From: Candidatus Micrarchaeota archaeon
Lineage (GTDB): Archaea > Micrarchaeota > Micrarchaeia > Norongarragalinales > UBA97
Direction: 5' to 3'
DNA length: 46,576 bases
Assembly (NCBI GenBank): GCA_021782355.1
Contig: JAJXUZ010000001.1
Span: forward strand, 1 to 46,576
Below, piece by piece: positions 1-9,803 of the stretch. Below the pieces are notes generated by a model. That model had not been told where the DNA came from. It saw only the letters and a list, made by a program, of their open reading frames with translations, and did not search any database. Made by a program: the position numbers and the translations under genes. Position 1 is the stretch's first letter, and each line of letters starts with the position of its first letter.

Positions 1-1055
1 TATTATGCAATCGACAAATTTTTTTAAGATATAATGCAGATACCGACGGAATTATTTCTGCATTGTTTGTAAAATTAGCAATAGAAAAATTCGCACAAGA
101 GCACAAAATAAACCCTGTTTTTGTAGAAATTTCCAGTCCTCCTGCAATTTATACCAAACCCCAAAGCATTTCAGAAATGAAATACTTGCAAGAAATGAAC
201 TTTAAGCCCATTTGCATTTTACTTGACCATTCAGCAAATGTGGAAAGTATTCAAGCATTAACATATATAAAATCAGAAAACTTTCCAATAATTCTAATCG
301 ATCATCACCCTCCTGCACAAAACATCAAAGAACTTACTGATTTTTACATTTCTCCATTTGCAGTTGATGTAAAAGAATCAAAATACACTACCGGTTTACT
401 TTGTTTTGAATTAAGTAAAGCGATTTGCAATTCTGCTGATGTCAAAATGCTTGAATATTCGTTATTAGCAGATGCATCTACGTTTGCAAAAACTACTGAT
501 TATACCGTTCCCTTATCTATTGACTACTTTGCGCAGACGAATTCAAAAGCAAGCTTAGACGATTATTTGCCTATTATAAATGACGCAAACACTGCCCAAA
601 AATTATACTTTACCGCTGATAAAATTCTAAAAGACTGCGCAAACAATGCTTGGGAAAAAAGTCAAACAATTACTTCGGATAACTACTCAATCATTCTTTG
701 CGATTTGAACGGAATAATAAAGAAACGAACCTATCCTAGTAAAGGAATGGTGGTAAATCTAGTACAGAAAAAAGCGGAAGAAGTATTTTCCTCATCATTT
801 TCAAATAAAGCTTCTTCAAATGTTGTAAGTATTTGTTATGTTGGCGATTCAATTGGCTTAAGAGCAAGTGCTGATGCGATAAAAAATGGTTTTGATGCAA
901 ACCATCTAATAGAAGAATTAAAAGAAAAGTTTCCTCGCTTAATTAGAAGCGGTGGCGGTCACAAAGGAGCAGCAAGCCTTTTAGTCTTTGATGAAGCGGA
1001 TAGAATAAGAGTAAGAGAAATAGTAATTGAATTTACCAAGCAAATGATAAAATAA
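1..1055 (+). CDS. DHH/DHHA1-family phosphoesterase (RecJ/NrnA-like); 5' end runs off the window
   Basis: Frame 3 is open from base 3. Upstream of the track TTG(63) it reads RYNADTDGIISA (DHH DxD motif). This is followed by LIDHHPP (DHH motif) and GGGHKGAAS (DHHA1 GGGH motif). Confidence 0.75.
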   Translation, partial: LCNRQIFLRYNADTDGIISALFVKLAIEKFAQEHKINPVFVEISSPPAIYTKPQSISEMKYLQEMNFKPICILLDHSANVESIQALTYIKSENFPIILIDHHPPAQNIKELTDFYISPFAVDVKESKYTTGLLCFELSKAICNSADVKMLEYSLLADASTFAKTTDYTVPLSIDYFAQTNSKASLDDYLPIINDANTAQKLYFTADKILKDCANNAWEKSQTITSDNYSIILCDLNGIIKKRTYPSKGMVVNLVQKKAEEVFSSSFSNKASSNVVSICYVGDSIGLRASADAIKNGFDANHLIEELKEKFPRLIRSGGGHKGAASLLVFDEADRIRVREIVIEFTKQMIK

Positions 1056-1094
1056 TCTTTTTTGAAAAACTAAACTTCATCTAACTCAATCTAA

Positions 1095-2882
1095 TTATGC
1101 ATTAGTTGCAGCATTCTGAATGTTTCCCCTTAATTTTCTCATTCGTGCAACATATTTCTGAGTTTCATTTTCGTAACTTATTTCACTTTTCTGTTCTGTT
1201 TTAATTGAGTTGTCTGTTGATGGGTTGCTTGGGGGTTGTTTTTTCTCATTGCTTTTCTTAATGTTATCGTGAACTTTGTTGTTTTGCTTTGCTGCTGAAA
1301 TTAAAAGAAATGCAGGAATTAAAGCTAAAATTAAAACTAATAATAACAAAGAATCCGATGATGAAAGAGTAAATAATGTAAAGAATCCAGTAGCTCCATT
1401 TTGAGAAGAATATGCAGAAATTAAAACAACTGAACTCGCTACCATTCCTACTGAACTTAAAATCTGCAAAGTAACATTTTGTTCTGCAAAATTCGAACCC
1501 TCCATCGTAATCGATAGGTTTTCAGTTTGTCCTGCACCAAGTTGATTAATTGATGAAGAAGTAAAGTTTAAGTTTGCAGGAATTCCAACAAATTGACCAG
1601 TTAAATTATAGAGTGTTTGAGAGTTGTTGTTAGTAATTTGTACAGTTTCAATTAATTGATTATTTGAAATAATATTGGAATAAACAGAATCAATTTCAAC
1701 TAACTGGCTTAAAGGTTGCTGACAAGATACTAAGTTCAAATTAAATTCAGTAGATTCACTTACTCCGTTTGAATTTACCGATAGAACTATGGTATTATTT
1801 TTTTGGGTAAAGGCGCTATTTGGTAAATTTAATGCCACATCTTGTGGAGTTTGAGGATTTAGCACCACGGAACTAGAATATATTTCATTATTTGAAATCG
1901 ATGCACTAATTACTGCTGATTGCTGGTTGTTTGCTCCTTGTAAAACCAATTGAACTGGGATTTGTATATTTCCATTAGTGTTACAACTGGACACTTGGAT
2001 ATTTTGTGAGGGCAGGTAAATTTGAATTGAAGTTAAACTTGGAGAAACTACTTGAATGAAAAATGGATAGTCTGCAATTTGAGTGCCGTCGTGAGATACT
2101 TGCACATCAAATTGATAAGTTCCTGTTGGAGTGTTTGAATTAGAATTAATTGAAAAACTTTCAACAGAGTAACCGCCCGAAGAAATGTCCGCAATTATTG
2201 GCGATGGATTAATTGAAAACATTGCAGAATTACTTGGGTTTAACGTTATCTGAAAAGTTCCTTCTGTTCCGCTATTTTCAATTTTAAATTTAACATTACT
2301 GGCAGAGCCACCTATCATCTGAACAGGTAAATTATTTATTGGCATCACCGATGCTGAAAATTGACTAGGTCCGTAATTAGCATAATTTGAATATTGACTT
2401 TGATAAGTGCAACTTGTTCCACTGCAAGGAGTATAGGTATTTGAATATTCATTTGAATTAATAGAAATTTGATTGTTGTTTGAACAATCCGATTGAGAGT
2501 TTGTGCAACTACTTACAACCACGTTGATGTTTCCGTTTAAAGTTTGGCAATTAAAATTCGAATCGCACACAGTTGCAATAACATTTATAGGTACATTTCC
2601 CAAAAAACAAGCAGGCGAGGTAATCGATACCTGAGCACTTGCACTACCTGAGCCATCCACTAACTCATTTTGAGGATAGATATTAGTTTGTAGATTTGCA
2701 GAATTACTTGAAAAATACACTGTATCTCCGCTATTAACTCCAGTAACATATATGGTTGAGTAACCGCTAGTGCAACTTGTAATGCCTATATTTGAATTAG
2801 ATACTTGTAAGTATTGGCCGTGAACAAAAGCTGATAAAAAGAATAAACCTAGTACCATAAGTGCGGTGGTTAGTTTTTCCAT
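1095..2882 (-). CDS. Exported Asn/Ser/Thr-rich cell-surface protein with C-terminal membrane anchor (S-layer/adhesin candidate)
   Basis: N-terminal signal-like MEKLTTALMVLGLFFLSAFVHGQ. About 500 aa of N/S/T/Q-rich sequence with many N-x-S/T sequons and Cys pairs. C-terminal TM LLLLVLILALIPAFLLISA followed by a Lys-rich tail. Confidence 0.6.
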   Translation of the reverse strand: MEKLTTALMVLGLFFLSAFVHGQYLQVSNSNIGITSCTSGYSTIYVTGVNSGDTVYFSSNSANLQTNIYPQNELVDGSGSASAQVSITSPACFLGNVPINVIATVCDSNFNCQTLNGNINVVVSSCTNSQSDCSNNNQISINSNEYSNTYTPCSGTSCTYQSQYSNYANYGPSQFSASVMPINNLPVQMIGGSASNVKFKIENSGTEGTFQITLNPSNSAMFSINPSPIIADISSGGYSVESFSINSNSNTPTGTYQFDVQVSHDGTQIADYPFFIQVVSPSLTSIQIYLPSQNIQVSSCNTNGNIQIPVQLVLQGANNQQSAVISASISNNEIYSSSVVLNPQTPQDVALNLPNSAFTQKNNTIVLSVNSNGVSESTEFNLNLVSCQQPLSQLVEIDSVYSNIISNNQLIETVQITNNNSQTLYNLTGQFVGIPANLNFTSSSINQLGAGQTENLSITMEGSNFAEQNVTLQILSSVGMVASSVVLISAYSSQNGATGFFTLFTLSSSDSLLLLVLILALIPAFLLISAAKQNNKVHDNIKKSNEKKQPPSNPSTDNSIKTEQKSEISYENETQKYVARMRKLRGNIQNAATNA

Positions 2883-3018
2883 ATTATCTTTTAGGGCAAT
2901 AGGAGTTATTTAAGTCTATCGGAATTGTTACCCCTGTCCAGTAAATACATATATATAGAGCAATCAATCTAAAAATCTATATCGAAAAAAATTTTCTTAA
3001 ATCAATTATGTTTTATTA

Positions 3019-3852
3019 GTGATTTTTTTGACCAAAAACAACCAACAGATTAGTTTTAATAACAAAAGCCCCGTAAGTAATTTGATTCACGTGGCTCAAA
3101 ATCAAGATTTATTGGCATCTCTAAGAAGATTAGGCTTAAACCAATACGAAGCAAAATCATACTATGCACTAGCTTCAACTGGTAAATGTACTGCTGGCGA
3201 ATTATCTACTCGGGCAGAACTTCCAAGACCAAGAGTTTATGATGTTCTTACCTCATTATCAGAAAAAGGATTTGTAGAAGTTCAACCAAGCAGGCCGGTT
3301 TTGTACCGGGCATTGCCATTATCTGAAGCCGTTAAATCAATTAGACGACAAAGACAAAATCAATTATCCGACGAATTAACTGCAATAGAAGAAATTGCAT
3401 GTCAGATTACTCCTAAAATTTCTTTAAATGAAAACCAAGTAACCGATGCTGCTGAAAACGTTTGGACTTTAAGAGGAAAAAGCGCATTATATTCTCGTTT
3501 AGCATCGATGCTTGAAGAATCTAAAAAACATATTTTGATTTCAAGCACCCCCAATAGCCTTAAACAAAAAATATCCGAGAACTTTAAACTTTTAGAAAAA
3601 GCAAAAGGAAGGGGCGTGAAAATTTCTGTTGCCTCTACTCTTGATAAATCTCAAGCATCTGAAATTTCCAAACTTTCTCCAAAAATTCACGGATTTCAAC
3701 TTCCTACTAGAATGGTTATAGCAGATGACCAAGCACTTATCTTTTTAACAGGCGAACAATCAGAGCCAGACGATGAAGTGGGTCTTTGGATTCACAATCC
3801 TCACGTTGCCTCAACATTAAGACAACTGTTCCCAGACAACAAAACTGGCTGA
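3019..3852 (+). CDS. TrmB-family transcriptional regulator
   Basis: N-terminal winged helix LGLNQYEAKSYYALASTGKCTAGELSTRAELPRPRVYDVLTSLSEKGFV is typical of TrmB. In-frame TTG 3028 is an alternative start. Confidence 0.75.
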   Translation: MIFLTKNNQQISFNNKSPVSNLIHVAQNQDLLASLRRLGLNQYEAKSYYALASTGKCTAGELSTRAELPRPRVYDVLTSLSEKGFVEVQPSRPVLYRALPLSEAVKSIRRQRQNQLSDELTAIEEIACQITPKISLNENQVTDAAENVWTLRGKSALYSRLASMLEESKKHILISSTPNSLKQKISENFKLLEKAKGRGVKISVASTLDKSQASEISKLSPKIHGFQLPTRMVIADDQALIFLTGEQSEPDDEVGLWIHNPHVASTLRQLFPDNKTG

Positions 3853-3895
3853 TTTTTATATAATGATATTTTTTATTTTTAGGAGATGAATATCT

Positions 3896-4666
3896 TTGGG
3901 CAAAACTGAGCAATACTATCGACAAGTTCTTTCTAATGATGGAGCTATGCTTTTCTCACTAATCGACCCAGACAAATCACCCTTAGAAAAAGGCGCAACA
4001 CTCGCAAAAATAAGTGCAGAAGGTGGCGCAGATGCGATTTTGGTGGGTGGAAGTATTGGTGCTCAAGGTGCAGTTTTAGATCAAACAGTTTCAATGATTA
4101 AAGAGTCCGCTCCAAACTTACCCGTGGTATTATTTCCCGGAAGCATTGCGGGCTTTTCAGCTGCAGCAGATGCCATTTACTTTATGCATATGCTAAACTC
4201 AAGAGATGTTTATTGGCTTTCAACTGCACAAATTCAATCCGCTCCATTTATTGCCCGAACCAACGTCGAAGCAATACCTACTTCCTATTTAGTATTAGAA
4301 CCAGGTAGGGCGGTTGGATGGGTTGGTAATGCTAACTTAGTTCCTAGAGACCGACCAGATCTAGCTGCTGCTTGCGCACTTGCTGCAAGATTCTCGGGTT
4401 CACACGTATTAGTAACCGATAGCGGAAGCGGTGCACCAGATCCAGCCCCATTACCGTTAATTTCAGCTGTTTCAAAAGCTTGTAATAATAGAGAAGTAAT
4501 GTATTTTCTAGGCGGAGGAGTACGAACCGCTAAACAAGCTGAAGATTCAATTTTAGCCGGTGCAGATGGAGTGCAAGTAGGCACTGCTTTTGAAGAAGGT
4601 AATGTGTTAAATAAGATTAAAGAAATGCGAAAAGCAATAAAAACAGCAGGAAAATCTAGAGTTTAA
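3896..4666 (+). CDS. Geranylgeranylglyceryl phosphate synthase (PcrB/GGGPS family)
   Basis: LIDPDK, GGADAILVGGS, LGGGVRT and GADGVQVGTAFE motifs of the GGGPS TIM barrel. SD AGGAGAT (3881-3887) lies 8 nt before TTG 3896. A TATA-like TTTTTATATAA sits at 3854-3864. Confidence 0.8.
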   Translation: MGKTEQYYRQVLSNDGAMLFSLIDPDKSPLEKGATLAKISAEGGADAILVGGSIGAQGAVLDQTVSMIKESAPNLPVVLFPGSIAGFSAAADAIYFMHMLNSRDVYWLSTAQIQSAPFIARTNVEAIPTSYLVLEPGRAVGWVGNANLVPRDRPDLAAACALAARFSGSHVLVTDSGSGAPDPAPLPLISAVSKACNNREVMYFLGGGVRTAKQAEDSILAGADGVQVGTAFEEGNVLNKIKEMRKAIKTAGKSRV

Positions 4667-5742
4667 TTTTTACTTTTCTTAGACTTCAAAGATTTTTTAT
4701 TGGATTTAACTTTTCCTTCAACATTCCTAGTTATTTTTTGTGAAGGTTTGGTTACTTGTTCTGCTAATGTTGGAACGATTCCATTTAATCTTAAAAATTC
4801 AGGCGGAAACTCTAGTTTTATTTTAAGTTCTTCAGAATATTTTGTTTTATTTGCAAAATTAAATGCGGATGCAAAAACGTATCCATTTATTGTTCCAAGA
4901 ATTAAAACCAAACCAATAATCAATACTGAAATTAGATAAAGCCAAACAGAACTAACCCCCTCAGTAACAGAAAAGTATATTGCAACAACAGCAATAATCA
5001 CTGCAACTATTAATGCCAAATAACCATAAAGAATAAAGAATATTTTGGCTAAATTCATCTTGTCAATTGAATGAATTTTAATCCATCCCGAATCCTTTCC
5101 ATTGTTTTCATCTAACGAAACAAACAGATTCAATCCATCTACAAATTTCAATGATAATGTGAAATTAACCAAGCCAAAAAATATCATAAGTAAAATGGCG
5201 GAAATTAAAAAGACTCCAATATTGATTAAAAATATTTCAAAAATAATCATAGGTGCATAAGAAAAATCAATACTTCTAATTGCAAATGCAAATAAGGTAA
5301 ACACAATGGACAAAACCAGTGTAATTATCGTAATTACTGTTCCGATAAACATTGAAATTCCAAAAGGATTGATTTTTCTTAATTTAATCGATTTTGTTTC
5401 CTTTAAATTTTCAGAAAAATTATCAAAACTAAATTGAAACTGAGTATAGTTGCTCTTTAATACTAAATAATTGTAAGTTAAAATTGAAAGTAATAGGATG
5501 GAAACCGAAAGTAAAAATTGAATTACAGTATAGAAAATTTGATTTGCAGCTAAACTAGTAATAAAAGTAAAATAATCAACCGATGTGCCATAATTAGCGC
5601 TCATCATAGCAATTAATGGAACAAAAATCAAACTAATAATTAAGGAAATTAAGAATATTGCAATTCCAAATATTCCTAAAGTTAACGACCCCACAATAAA
5701 AGTGTTTTTTAAATCAAATTCTTTAATTTGAAAATAATCCAA
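4663..5742 (-). CDS. Polytopic membrane protein, unknown family
   Basis: About 8 long hydrophobic segments and a Lys-rich C-terminal tail KVKSNKKSLKSKKSKN. No motif recognised. Confidence 0.55.
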   Translation of the reverse strand: MDYFQIKEFDLKNTFIVGSLTLGIFGIAIFLISLIISLIFVPLIAMMSANYGTSVDYFTFITSLAANQIFYTVIQFLLSVSILLLSILTYNYLVLKSNYTQFQFSFDNFSENLKETKSIKLRKINPFGISMFIGTVITIITLVLSIVFTLFAFAIRSIDFSYAPMIIFEIFLINIGVFLISAILLMIFFGLVNFTLSLKFVDGLNLFVSLDENNGKDSGWIKIHSIDKMNLAKIFFILYGYLALIVAVIIAVVAIYFSVTEGVSSVWLYLISVLIIGLVLILGTINGYVFASAFNFANKTKYSEELKIKLEFPPEFLRLNGIVPTLAEQVTKPSQKITRNVEGKVKSNKKSLKSKKSKN

Positions 5743-5801
5743 TGTTCTTCTAATCTCCTGTACTCATTATTAATTCGTTATTTTAATAATTATTGTTAAA
5801 T

Positions 5802-6884
5802 ATGAAAAACTCTCAGCTAGTAATTGATGGTTCAACAGGTGAAGGTGGAGGTCAGATTTTACGAACTGCCCTTGCCCTATCTGCAATTTCCTCCATTCCT
5901 TTTACCATTTATAATATAAGAAGCAATCGAAAAAACCCAGGTTTACAATCACAACATCTTTCTTGTATTGATGCTTGTGCAAAGATTTGCAATGCAAATG
6001 TAGAAGGTAACTTTCTCCATTCAAGTGAAATCGAATTTTATCCAAATTCTCTCAAATTTGAAAACCTTCAAATTAAATGTGATACTGCGGGTTCAACAAG
6101 CTTAATCGCTCAAACAATTCTTCCTCTTTTTATGTTTAGTAAGACTTCACTTACAATTTCAATTTTTGGCGGAACCGATGTGTTGTATTCTCCTCCATCA
6201 GAATTTTTTTCATCCGTATTTGTTCCATTTCTAAATTCAATTGGTTATAATGTAAAGTCACAAATAGTGAGGGTGGGTTTTTATCCAAAAGGTGCTGGGC
6301 AATTACTTATAAACTTTAAAGATTGTAAAAAAATTAACAAACTTAGTTTAATTAAAAGAGAAAAACTAGAACACTTAACTGGTTCTTGTTCAGTTAGTGG
6401 GCTTCCCTTAGATATTGCTCAAAGAATGAAATCCCAGATGCTTTTAGATTTAGCAAACCTAAGTCCTCCAGTTTCTCCAAAAATAAAAACCGAATTATTA
6501 AATTGTGAATCTGCAGGTTGTAAAAATTTTCTTCTTTCAGATTATTCCGGTATTTTTGCCGGATTTGGAAGCTTAGGAGAAAAAGGTAAACCCGCAAACA
6601 AAGTTGCTAATATCACTACTGATGAATATCTTAGATTTCATAAAACAAACGCGTGTATTCAAAGTCATTTAGCAGACCAGATTCTAATTTATTTATCTTT
6701 TTCAGAAGGAGTAAGTGAGTTTACCACCGATGAAGTTTCTAGTCATTTAAGTACCAACGCCCAAATAATAAGCAAGTTTTATGACGACCAATCAATGTTT
6801 GAATTTTCAGAACTTGAAAATGGAACAAAGTTAGTTAAAATAAAAGGAAAGGGTAAAAATTTCTTTAAGCCAATAATAGAGTAA
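5802..6884 (+). CDS. rtcA: RNA 3'-terminal phosphate cyclase
   Basis: GSTGEGGGQILRTALALSAI and NRKNPGLQSQHL motifs. ATG 5802 is preferred over the track TTG 5793. Confidence 0.85.
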   Translation: MKNSQLVIDGSTGEGGGQILRTALALSAISSIPFTIYNIRSNRKNPGLQSQHLSCIDACAKICNANVEGNFLHSSEIEFYPNSLKFENLQIKCDTAGSTSLIAQTILPLFMFSKTSLTISIFGGTDVLYSPPSEFFSSVFVPFLNSIGYNVKSQIVRVGFYPKGAGQLLINFKDCKKINKLSLIKREKLEHLTGSCSVSGLPLDIAQRMKSQMLLDLANLSPPVSPKIKTELLNCESAGCKNFLLSDYSGIFAGFGSLGEKGKPANKVANITTDEYLRFHKTNACIQSHLADQILIYLSFSEGVSEFTTDEVSSHLSTNAQIISKFYDDQSMFEFSELENGTKLVKIKGKGKNFFKPIIE

Positions 6885-7785
6885 TCACTATATTTCCAAA
6901 TAATAGGGAAATTATTAAACCTAAAAACAAGTATGGTCCAAATCTTGGTAAATCCTTTGCTATTGGAAATTCCTTGATATTGTCTTTTTCACTAATAATT
7001 TTCATCTGTTCAAAAATCTGCGGAGTAACTACTCTTTCTAATTTGTACTTTTTCACAATTTTTTTATCCATATTATCTATAATCAAAATGTCTTCATCAA
7101 GTATGCTTGCAATTGGAACGTTTTTTACAATAACTTCGCTTTTTATCTGATTTGAAAATAATGCAAGAAAAACAGCAGGAATAAAAATCACCAAATAAAT
7201 CGCAAATTGTAATGGTTTAAATCCAAAAAAAAGTTGGCTCGCACTTATTATTACTAAAGCTGCAAATAACGAAAGTCCGCCATACATATAGTCTGGTTTT
7301 AATGCCTTCCAATTTAATTTTCTTGCATAATTTATTGAAGTGAAAATCAAACCAAGTAACGTGGCTGTAATTAAGACTGTAATAGAAAATGGAATAATTG
7401 AACCAAATTTAAAAATAATCGTCTGAGCAATAAAATTATTTTGTAATCCAAGTAAACTGACCAACCCATTACTAATTACTGGGGGATTAATTGGGAAAAG
7501 TAAGTTTAACCCACTTAGTAAAAGAACATCTCCTCCGCCCACTTCTCCTCGCATATAATAGAAGTATCCAATTGCAAAAATGATAAAAGACCCAAGAGCA
7601 GCATTGTAAATTATTTGGGAATTATAACTGAGTAAATCAAAAACTATTCCAAAACCAATTAAAGCATAAAGAAGGATTTGGTCCATAAAGCTAGTTCTAG
7701 CGTCTTCATATGCTAATATGAAAGTCAATACAATTGCTACAAGGATTCTTGCATCTAAAAAATAATTCAAGTTTTTTTCCACCAA
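6865..7785 (-). CDS. A24-family aspartyl prepilin/preflagellin peptidase-like membrane protein (paralogue 1)
   Basis: First Asp region AYEDARTSFMD, second Asp in GEVGGGDVLLL, C-terminal PRFGPYLFLG. Polytopic, with a soluble insert before the last TM. SD GGTGGA (7783-7778) makes TTG 7770 the likelier start. Confidence 0.55.
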   Translation of the reverse strand: MVEKNLNYFLDARILVAIVLTFILAYEDARTSFMDQILLYALIGFGIVFDLLSYNSQIIYNAALGSFIIFAIGYFYYMRGEVGGGDVLLLSGLNLLFPINPPVISNGLVSLLGLQNNFIAQTIIFKFGSIIPFSITVLITATLLGLIFTSINYARKLNWKALKPDYMYGGLSLFAALVIISASQLFFGFKPLQFAIYLVIFIPAVFLALFSNQIKSEVIVKNVPIASILDEDILIIDNMDKKIVKKYKLERVVTPQIFEQMKIISEKDNIKEFPIAKDLPRFGPYLFLGLIISLLFGNIVITLLLA

Positions 7786-7827
7786 ATAAGTGAAAAGAAT
7801 TACTATATTCCAGTTAATAAATTTAGT

Positions 7828-9156
7828 TTAAAAACCGCCAAAACCAGAACCGAGTTGAGGAAAACCTTTAGCCATCCTTCTAAGAAGACCTTTATTGCTT
7901 GAAAATCCTTTCATCATTTTGTTTGCTTTTTCAAAATTGCTAACTAGTTCTTTTACTGTTTGAGGGTCCAATCCTGCTCCTTTAGCCACCCTTGCCTGTC
8001 TGCTTATGTTTTTCATAGCCTGGGGATTTCTTCTTTCATAAATTGTCATTGAATTAACTGCAGCTTCAAATTTCTTTAATCTCTCTTCGCTTTTACCAAC
8101 TACATCAGCAGGCAAATCATAAGCACCCATCATTTGCAATACTCCTTTTAACGGACCCATTTTCTTAAGTGATTTTAATTGTCCCATAAATGATTCATAA
8201 TCTAATTTCCCAATTTCAGCGGCTTTCATAAGCGCTTCTTCTTGGGCTGAATCTTTGAGTTTTTCTAATAATGCAGGTAAGTCTGCAAATCCGCAAAGTC
8301 TTGCTACGAATTTTTTTGAATCAAAAACTTCTAATGCGTCTGGTTTTTCTCCAGAACCAATAAAGCAAACTTTGCCTCCAACTGCATTAACTGCCGAAAG
8401 TGCTCCTCCGCCCTTTCCGCTTCCATCCATTTTAGTAACAATTACCCCATCGATTTTTACATTAGAATTAAATTGGCGTGCTTGTTTTCCTGCAACTTGT
8501 CCGATATCTGCACTTATTACTAAGTAAGTTTGGTCGGGTGCGTAAATCCTTGACATTACTTTAAGTTCTTCTGCCAATTCCACATCAAATGCGCTTCTTC
8601 CAGCAGTATCCAAAATTATTACTTGACAATTATTTTTGTGTAAATGTTCAAGTCCTTTTTCTACAACCTTTGACGCATCAGTTTCGCCCTTGATTCCAAA
8701 GAAATCCACATTAATTGATTTTGAAAGTTGTTCAAGTTGTTCGTAAGCCGCAGGACGATGAACATCGGCAGCAATTACGCCCGGTTTTAGTCCCTTTGAA
8801 GAATAAAATTTAGCAAGTTTAGCACAAGTGGTTGTTTTTCCTGCTCCAAACAATCCAACTAGCATTATTTTCTGACTGTTTAATTGAGGAGAATAGTTTT
8901 CTCCCATCATTAAAACAAGCTGGTCGTAAACAATTTTGATAATTAATTCTCTGTTTGAAATTCCCGCTTGTATTTTTGCTTCAAGTGCTTGTTTCTTTAT
9001 ATTTGAAGTTAGTTTACTAACAAGTTCAATTTCAACATCTGATAAGATAAGCGAACGTTGAATTTCTTTAATCATTTCATTAACTGCAACTTCATCAATA
9101 ACCGAAGCACCGTTAATCTTTGCAATTGCTTTTCTAATTCCTTCGCCCAAATCCAA
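7828..9156 (-). CDS. srp54: Signal recognition particle protein SRP54
   Basis: GLFGAGKTTTCAKLA, ILDTAGRS and VTKMDGSGKGG in the GTPase domain. Met-rich M domain (LQMMGAYD, NKMMKGF). Confidence 0.95.
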   Translation of the reverse strand: MDLGEGIRKAIAKINGASVIDEVAVNEMIKEIQRSLILSDVEIELVSKLTSNIKKQALEAKIQAGISNRELIIKIVYDQLVLMMGENYSPQLNSQKIMLVGLFGAGKTTTCAKLAKFYSSKGLKPGVIAADVHRPAAYEQLEQLSKSINVDFFGIKGETDASKVVEKGLEHLHKNNCQVIILDTAGRSAFDVELAEELKVMSRIYAPDQTYLVISADIGQVAGKQARQFNSNVKIDGVIVTKMDGSGKGGGALSAVNAVGGKVCFIGSGEKPDALEVFDSKKFVARLCGFADLPALLEKLKDSAQEEALMKAAEIGKLDYESFMGQLKSLKKMGPLKGVLQMMGAYDLPADVVGKSEERLKKFEAAVNSMTIYERRNPQAMKNISRQARVAKGAGLDPQTVKELVSNFEKANKMMKGFSSNKGLLRRMAKGFPQLGSGFGGF

Positions 9157-9237
9157 TTTATATTACTTCCAAGTTTTGATGTTCAATTTTCTTTAGATTA
9201 ATAATATGTGCCGACCATTCATTTAAATTTTTAAACT

Positions 9238-9750
9238 TTAAACCCCAATTTTCCTAAATTGCACTCCACTTACCATAATTACTGATAAAACAATTAAAGA
9301 ACCCGGAATGATTGGCGGCAAAACAAGATTAATTATGCTCAAAATTATTGCAGCTATTGGTATTGGTAGGCCAATATAAGTTCCCTTAACTTTCTGTAAA
9401 TTAAATTTAGCTAATCTTACAATTCCTGCACAAACGAATACAACTGAGCAAATCAGAGTTAGTAGAGACGAATTAAGATACAAACTTAATATTGCTGGGG
9501 CAACTCCAAAAGAAACAATATCGCTAAGTGAATCCAATTCTTTACCTAATTTGTTTTTAGTATTTGTTTTTCTTGCCAGCAACCCATCAGCATAATCTGC
9601 AATTACAGCAAGGAAAATCAATATTCCTGCAATTACAAAACTTTGCATTATTGTAAAGTAAATTGAACAAACGCCTAATCCTGCATTTAGTAATGTCACA
9701 TAATCTTTAAGCAAAAGGGAGTCAGTTAGCCAAAATTGAATTTTATCCAT
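9238..9750 (-). CDS. CDP-alcohol phosphatidyltransferase (archaetidylserine/inositol-phosphate synthase type)
   Basis: DYADGLLARKTNTKNKLGKELDSLSD fits D-G-x2-A-R-x8-G-x3-D-x3-D exactly. Small polytopic protein. Confidence 0.8.
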   Translation of the reverse strand: MDKIQFWLTDSLLLKDYVTLLNAGLGVCSIYFTIMQSFVIAGILIFLAVIADYADGLLARKTNTKNKLGKELDSLSDIVSFGVAPAILSLYLNSSLLTLICSVVFVCAGIVRLAKFNLQKVKGTYIGLPIPIAAIILSIINLVLPPIIPGSLIVLSVIMVSGVQFRKIGV

Positions 9751-9803
9751 ATTTCTAATTGGATTTTAAGATTATCTGCCCATTTAAACACATATGTAAT
9801 TAT

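Noticed and set aside
3019-3031. Identical 13-mer GTGATTTTTTTGA at the 5' ends of both regulator genes (3019-3031 and 45219-45231)
   Set aside because: It is most simply explained as an SD-like GTGAT followed by a T-run and a TTG start in an AT-rich genome. The repeat is too short and too low in complexity to argue for a shared regulatory element.
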